The position numbers and the translations under genes were made by a program. 64,000 nt of DNA from Bacteroidota bacterium (lineage in GTDB: Bacteria; Bacteroidota; Bacteroidia; Bacteroidales; VadinHA17), in the NCBI GenBank assembly GCA_011050615.1, contig DRFJ01000050.1:64509-128508 (forward strand), in the 5' to 3' direction. Below, piece by piece: positions 59,728 to 64,000 of this stretch (its first letter is position 1; the number at the start of each line of letters is the position of its first letter). Under the pieces are notes generated by a model. The model made no database searches. It saw only the letters and a list, made by a program, of their open reading frames with translations, and was not told where the DNA came from.

Positions 59728-60351
59728 CTAAGTTGGTATCTCAAGAAATACCAGTACCCTCCCCTTGTTAAAATCCAGGCTGAAATTATCTCCCGTGGAT
59801 TCATTCAGTGTGCCCATCCACCAGTTTTCCAGTTCAATGTTTTTAAGTGGATATTTAAGGCCTGTTGAGCTTATGAACATTCCCTTATCAATGGCAAAGA
59901 TTGATACCTGCTGGCCTGGCCAGCTACTGATGGCTTTACCTGGCTTAGCAGGGATGAATATACCATAGTCGGTCACCATCCTGACAGAAACAGACTCTGC
60001 ATAATCTGCCAGCAGGGAGATATTTCCAAGTGTATGATCCTCCCTGAGCCCTGTGGCACCCAGTATGACTATATCAGTTATACCCTCCTCAAGACAGAAC
60101 TTAACGGCTTTGGTCAAATCGTTTGTTTCCTGGTCATCAGAATGATAAAGCCTGGCAGCATAAGTCTTCCTTAGTTTATCAGGTACTGAATCCAGGTCAC
60201 CGGCTATGGCCCATGGTTCCAGTCCATATTCAATAAGGTTGGCAACAGAGCCGTCGCAGCAAACTATACGTTCAGCATTATTTAGATATCCCAGTGCCAG
60301 TCCGCTGCCGGGAAACCGGCCGTTGGCTAATATTATAACTGGTTTTGACAT
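59728..60351 (-). CDS. thiN: Thiamine pyrophosphokinase
   Basis: CCDG, GDLDS, DQETNDLTKA, GATGLREDHTLGN, GLKYPL, GTLNE. Confidence 0.94.
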   Translation of the reverse strand: MSKPVIILANGRFPGSGLALGYLNNAERIVCCDGSVANLIEYGLEPWAIAGDLDSVPDKLRKTYAARLYHSDDQETNDLTKAVKFCLEEGITDIVILGATGLREDHTLGNISLLADYAESVSVRMVTDYGIFIPAKPGKAISSWPGQQVSIFAIDKGMFISSTGLKYPLKNIELENWWMGTLNESTGDNFSLDFNKGRVLVFLEIPT

Positions 60352-60353
60352 AG

Positions 60354-60402
60354 GTTAAAGATAAAAGATAAAAGCCAAAAGGAAAAAGCCAAAAGGAAAA
60401 AG
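60354..60402. repeat. Seven degenerate 7-nt tandem repeats (NNAAAAG)
   Basis: GTTAAAG ATAAAAG ATAAAAG CCAAAAG GAAAAAG CCAAAAG GAAAAAG. Confidence 0.75.
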
Positions 60403-60443
60403 TGTTGGGAGGAAGCTCCCTTCCAATGCTTGTCACCGCCAGG

Positions 60444-61769
60444 TTATTCATTGAACAGGTCAATCATAGTCCCGGCCATTGCCGCTACTCCTCCACGGAA
60501 AGTAGGATAAAAGTCGGGGCAGAAGGCAGCGTTGTGCAGGCCGGGCAGGGGAGTACCATTTTCAATATGATCAGCATATTTTTCATGCTGCACGCCTCCC
60601 AGCCAGAAGAGGGCTATTGGCACCTGCTCCGCTGTACGGCCATACCTCCCAAAATCTTCCCCTACGGTATTCGGATTGACTTTATTTATGTTATCTCTGC
60701 CGAGCATTTTCTCCATTGATAATACGGCCGTATTGACCAGTCCCGCGTCGTTTGCCACCGGCGGGGTAAGACCTTCCAGGGTAATAACTTCCGGCATTCT
60801 ATTTTCAGGTAAGCCTGCAGACAGGGCGATGCCCCTGGTAATGCGTTTCAGGCCCTCAATGATCTGCTCATATATCTTATCCTCAAAGAAGCGTACCGTA
60901 AGCTGGAGGTCCACCCTGTCGGGGATGACATTATGCTTTGATCCGCCATGAATTGATCCTACGGTCACAACTGCGGGCTGGAAAGGTTCTATCTCCCTGC
61001 TTACCAGTGTCTGGATGGCCATTACTATTCGCGAGGCCAGCACTACCGGATCTATGGTTGTGTGCGGCATGGCTCCATGGCCGCCATAACCGTATACGTG
61101 AATATCCACCGAGCTCACCCCCCCGAAAATGGGGCCGGGATAGTAACCAATGGAGCCTGCGGGTAATTCTGCATTAACATGGTAAGCCAGAGCATAGTCG
61201 GGTACGGGGAATTCACGGAAAAGACCGGCCTCAATAAGCCTGTTTGCCCCGGCACTGATTTCCTCAGCCTGCTGCGCAATGGCTATGATCGTTCCTGACC
61301 ACTGCTGTTTTAATTGCACCAGTGTTTTCAATGTCCCCAGCCACACAGTCATATGCATATCATGTCCGCAGGCATGCATGGCAGGCACCATGTTTCCATC
61401 AGCATTCTCCTTTACCATCCTGCTGGCATATGGCAGGCCTGTTTCTTCCCTGATTGGAAGGGCGTCCATATCAGTACGAAGCATAATGACAGGCCCTTTC
61501 CCATTTTCCAGCACTCCCACCAGACTGTTGCCGCTAAAATTACGACTTACTGAAAAGCCCATATCCTTAAGATGCTCAGCCATTTTTGCCGAGGTCTCAA
61601 ATTCCATGAGCGATAATTCGGGGTGAATGTGAAGATATTTGTATGTTTCGTAATATTCATCTTCAATGCTTTTTATAATGGATTCTATCTGGCTTTTCAA
61701 ATTATCCTGGGCTACTATAATAAAACTGTAAAAAAAGCATAGAAAAAACGGCAGAAATATTTTTTTCAT
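60444..61769 (-). CDS. Secreted M20D amidohydrolase (hippurate hydrolase-like)
   Basis: HPELS, RTDMDALP, MHACGHD, QQAEE, GGHGA.PH, GEDF, LHN; start ATG 61769 with signal peptide. Confidence 0.92.
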   Translation of the reverse strand: MKKIFLPFFLCFFYSFIIVAQDNLKSQIESIIKSIEDEYYETYKYLHIHPELSLMEFETSAKMAEHLKDMGFSVSRNFSGNSLVGVLENGKGPVIMLRTDMDALPIREETGLPYASRMVKENADGNMVPAMHACGHDMHMTVWLGTLKTLVQLKQQWSGTIIAIAQQAEEISAGANRLIEAGLFREFPVPDYALAYHVNAELPAGSIGYYPGPIFGGVSSVDIHVYGYGGHGAMPHTTIDPVVLASRIVMAIQTLVSREIEPFQPAVVTVGSIHGGSKHNVIPDRVDLQLTVRFFEDKIYEQIIEGLKRITRGIALSAGLPENRMPEVITLEGLTPPVANDAGLVNTAVLSMEKMLGRDNINKVNPNTVGEDFGRYGRTAEQVPIALFWLGGVQHEKYADHIENGTPLPGLHNAAFCPDFYPTFRGGVAAMAGTMIDLFNE

Positions 61770-61915
61770 AGTTAAATTTTTAGCTGATAATAGTAAAGAT
61801 AAGTAAATAATGCGAGCCTTTATGCTCAAATCATAATCAGCCGTAAGGCACCAGTATTTTGTACAGTCCTGTTAATAGGGGTAACTTTACCCTGCTCATT
61901 ACCCCCTGCCCTGAG

Positions 61916-63127
61916 TTACCGGTACAGGTATAAAAAACCCCTGAACTCTTTCCCTTCGTAGACCACATCATCCCATCCCCGGGCACGTATGATATAGAAA
62001 TAGACACCCGGGCTGGCCTTGCTGCCACCAATGGTGCCATCCCACCCCTGCCAGTCTTTAAGCGCATCACCGCGGCCGTCAAAGACATACACCCGTTGCC
62101 CGTTACTGCTGAATACCCGGACAAATATGCTTCGCAGTGATTTATTGTCAACATAAAAATAATCATTAATACCATCGCCATCGGGGGTGAAAACGTTTGG
62201 TATATTGAGTGATGAGGGTTCCACAATAAGCTTTACACTGGAGGAGTCTCTGCAAAACTTGTCACTTTCAATAAACAGCCTCAGGGTATAATTGCCCGGT
62301 ATATAATAAGTATGTGAAAAAGGTTCTGCCTGGTATGAAACGGAATCATCCCCGAATTCCCACCTGTAAGTACTCGCGCGTACGGAGTTATCTGTAATGA
62401 ATACCTCAAGTGGTGCTTCCCCCTGGGTGGGGTCTATTTCAAAATCTGCCTTTACATGAATTGATTCATAGAAAAATGATGAATCAGATGTACACCCAAA
62501 ACTGTCAACAACATGGAGGTTATACCATACATCTTCAAGAGGTGGGTCAAAGGTCTGGGGATTAATTTCAATCTCGGGGTAAGGAATTGAAGATGCAGGT
62601 TCAGACGACCACCTGAACCTGTAATCGTTGGGAAGTATTATTGCAGTCCCGTTATTAAGGTCAGTATAATGAAAAGTGTCAATAGCTGCAAATCCTGAGA
62701 GGGCCACATAATTGCATTTAAAATCCCTCAGACTCGCAACTGATCGGGGCTTGTCAAGGTGTACCCACGCAGTAAGTACGGTATTATAACCTGTATCATC
62801 TGATATCTCAACCCGGTAAGCCCCTTCGCCAAGTCCTGAAATTTCTGATGATAAGACATCATAATGCTGGGCAACCGGTATGGAAAAAGAGAGAACTGAC
62901 TCATCCCATTTAGTCCATATAAAATCAAAAGGACCGGTCCCTCCGGGGCTGTTGGCAATCAGACGTCCCGTTACATTACCATCGTAATTGCAGAAAATAA
63001 AAACAGGGTCATTGTTGCCTGTTGAGATATAATCGGTATACCTTGTCGTGCCGGAGCCTGGTGCTGTTATCTGGGCATTGGCATTAAGTGTGAAGGCCAG
63101 GAATATTATTATAATATGGGATCTCAC
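61916..63127 (-). CDS. PKD-domain protein with T9SS type-B (gliding motility-associated) C-terminal domain
   Basis: Signal peptide; PKD motif YRWEFGD..HTY..PG.Y; CTD IPNVFTPDGDGINDYF...WDG...GVYFY. Confidence 0.88.
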   Translation of the reverse strand: MRSHIIIIFLAFTLNANAQITAPGSGTTRYTDYISTGNNDPVFIFCNYDGNVTGRLIANSPGGTGPFDFIWTKWDESVLSFSIPVAQHYDVLSSEISGLGEGAYRVEISDDTGYNTVLTAWVHLDKPRSVASLRDFKCNYVALSGFAAIDTFHYTDLNNGTAIILPNDYRFRWSSEPASSIPYPEIEINPQTFDPPLEDVWYNLHVVDSFGCTSDSSFFYESIHVKADFEIDPTQGEAPLEVFITDNSVRASTYRWEFGDDSVSYQAEPFSHTYYIPGNYTLRLFIESDKFCRDSSSVKLIVEPSSLNIPNVFTPDGDGINDYFYVDNKSLRSIFVRVFSSNGQRVYVFDGRGDALKDWQGWDGTIGGSKASPGVYFYIIRARGWDDVVYEGKEFRGFLYLYR

Positions 63128-63336
63128 TCTGTATATGCTGATTAGTCAGAAAAATAACGGTTAGGGCCCTGATTTGGTATATTAATGTACAAGTATAATA
63201 AATGTGCTTCGCCTGTGCAAGCTATGATTTACCTATTTTGATGTTAATAACCTGGCGGGCTAATACACTTCTGAGTTTTACTTATTATGATCTCTTTTAG
63301 TACCTTTGTGCTCACCTTAAATGTGGATTTATTTCG

Positions 63337-64000
63337 ATGGCAGCTAATTATCTCAATGAATTAAATGAAGCACAAAAAACAGCGGTTGTTAACACTGAAG
63401 GACCTTCACTTGTTATTGCCGGAGCAGGGTCTGGTAAGACCAGGGTGCTTACTTACCGGATAGCCCACCTTCTGCAAAAGGGCGTTCCCGCTCACTCAGT
63501 CCTGGCCCTGACCTTTACCAATAAAGCTGCCGGGGAGATGAAGGAAAGGATAATCAATATAGCCGGTTATGATAATAGCAGATACCTGTGGATGGGAACT
63601 TTCCATAGCATATTTGCCAGAATACTCAGAAGCGATGCAGATAAACTTGGTTATCCCTCCTCATATACCATCTATGATTCCACTGACACCCGCAGTCTTA
63701 TAAGGACAATTATCAGGGAAATGGGACTTGATGATAAGGTATATAAGCCTTCTTCCGTTGCGGCAAGGATATCCGCTGCCAAGAATAACCTGGTAAGCGC
63801 AAGGGATTATGCATCAAACAGGTCAATAACAGAGAGAGACCGTATGGCAAAAGTCCCAATGCTGTCAGAAATATACCTCAAATATGCCGGTAGGTGCTAT
63901 AAGGCGGGTGCAATGGATTTTGACGACCTGCTCATGAATACAAATATTCTCTTCAGGGATTATCCTGAGGCCCTGGCAAAATACCAGGCCAGGTTTAGTT
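63337..64000 (+). CDS. UvrD/PcrA DNA helicase, N-terminal part (runs off window; not in ORF track)
   Basis: MAANYLNELNEAQKTAV..EGPSLVIAGAGSGKTRVLTYRI, LTFTNKAAGEMKER, GTFHS, MDFDDLL; TACCTTTG at 63301-63308. Confidence 0.95.
   Translation, partial: MAANYLNELNEAQKTAVVNTEGPSLVIAGAGSGKTRVLTYRIAHLLQKGVPAHSVLALTFTNKAAGEMKERIINIAGYDNSRYLWMGTFHSIFARILRSDADKLGYPSSYTIYDSTDTRSLIRTIIREMGLDDKVYKPSSVAARISAAKNNLVSARDYASNRSITERDRMAKVPMLSEIYLKYAGRCYKAGAMDFDDLLMNTNILFRDYPEALAKYQARFS

Noticed and set aside
1-64000. CRISPR array, integrase/transposase, prophage or defence system
   Set aside because: No regularly spaced 25-45 nt repeats and no recombinase, phage or defence-type proteins were recognised.

Overview
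A mostly housekeeping chromosomal segment of an anaerobic or microaerotolerant Bacteroidota (Bacteroidales-like) bacterium. The assignment rests on a SusC/SusD pair, TAnnTTTG promoters, a T9SS type-B CTD protein and the conserved coaD-NUDIX-pyrE-birA-rsfS-ftsH-cdsA-psd and parA-parB-DUF5683-mltD gene orders. Other content: crp/fnr-ccsBA, tRNA-His, lon, fprA-cydAB, aspA-hydF, grpE-dnaJ, an ECF sigma/anti-sigma pair, murA, a TPP-riboswitch thiamine uptake locus and a partial pcrA/uvrD. No CRISPR array, rRNA, prophage or intact mobile element was seen. Most notable: (1) a single 999-aa ORF fusing a periplasmic SGNH (PatB-like) domain to an MBOAT (PatA/AlgI-like) acyltransferase ending in a FIYxxF tyrosine motif, directly behind a lytic transglycosylase; (2) sigma54-type -24/-12 boxes before grpE-dnaJ, lon and (weakly) rsfS-ftsH, with an orphan HTH-less enhancer-binding protein in the grpE gene run; (3) two deletion-collapsed pseudogenes, a GH43 at tRNA-His (absent from the ORF track) and a TlpA-like redoxin (only partly in the track); (4) aspA-hydF without hydE/hydG; (5) degenerate 7-9 nt tandem repeats and REP-like hairpins at gene junctions. 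All family calls come from motif recognition by eye, not from database searches.
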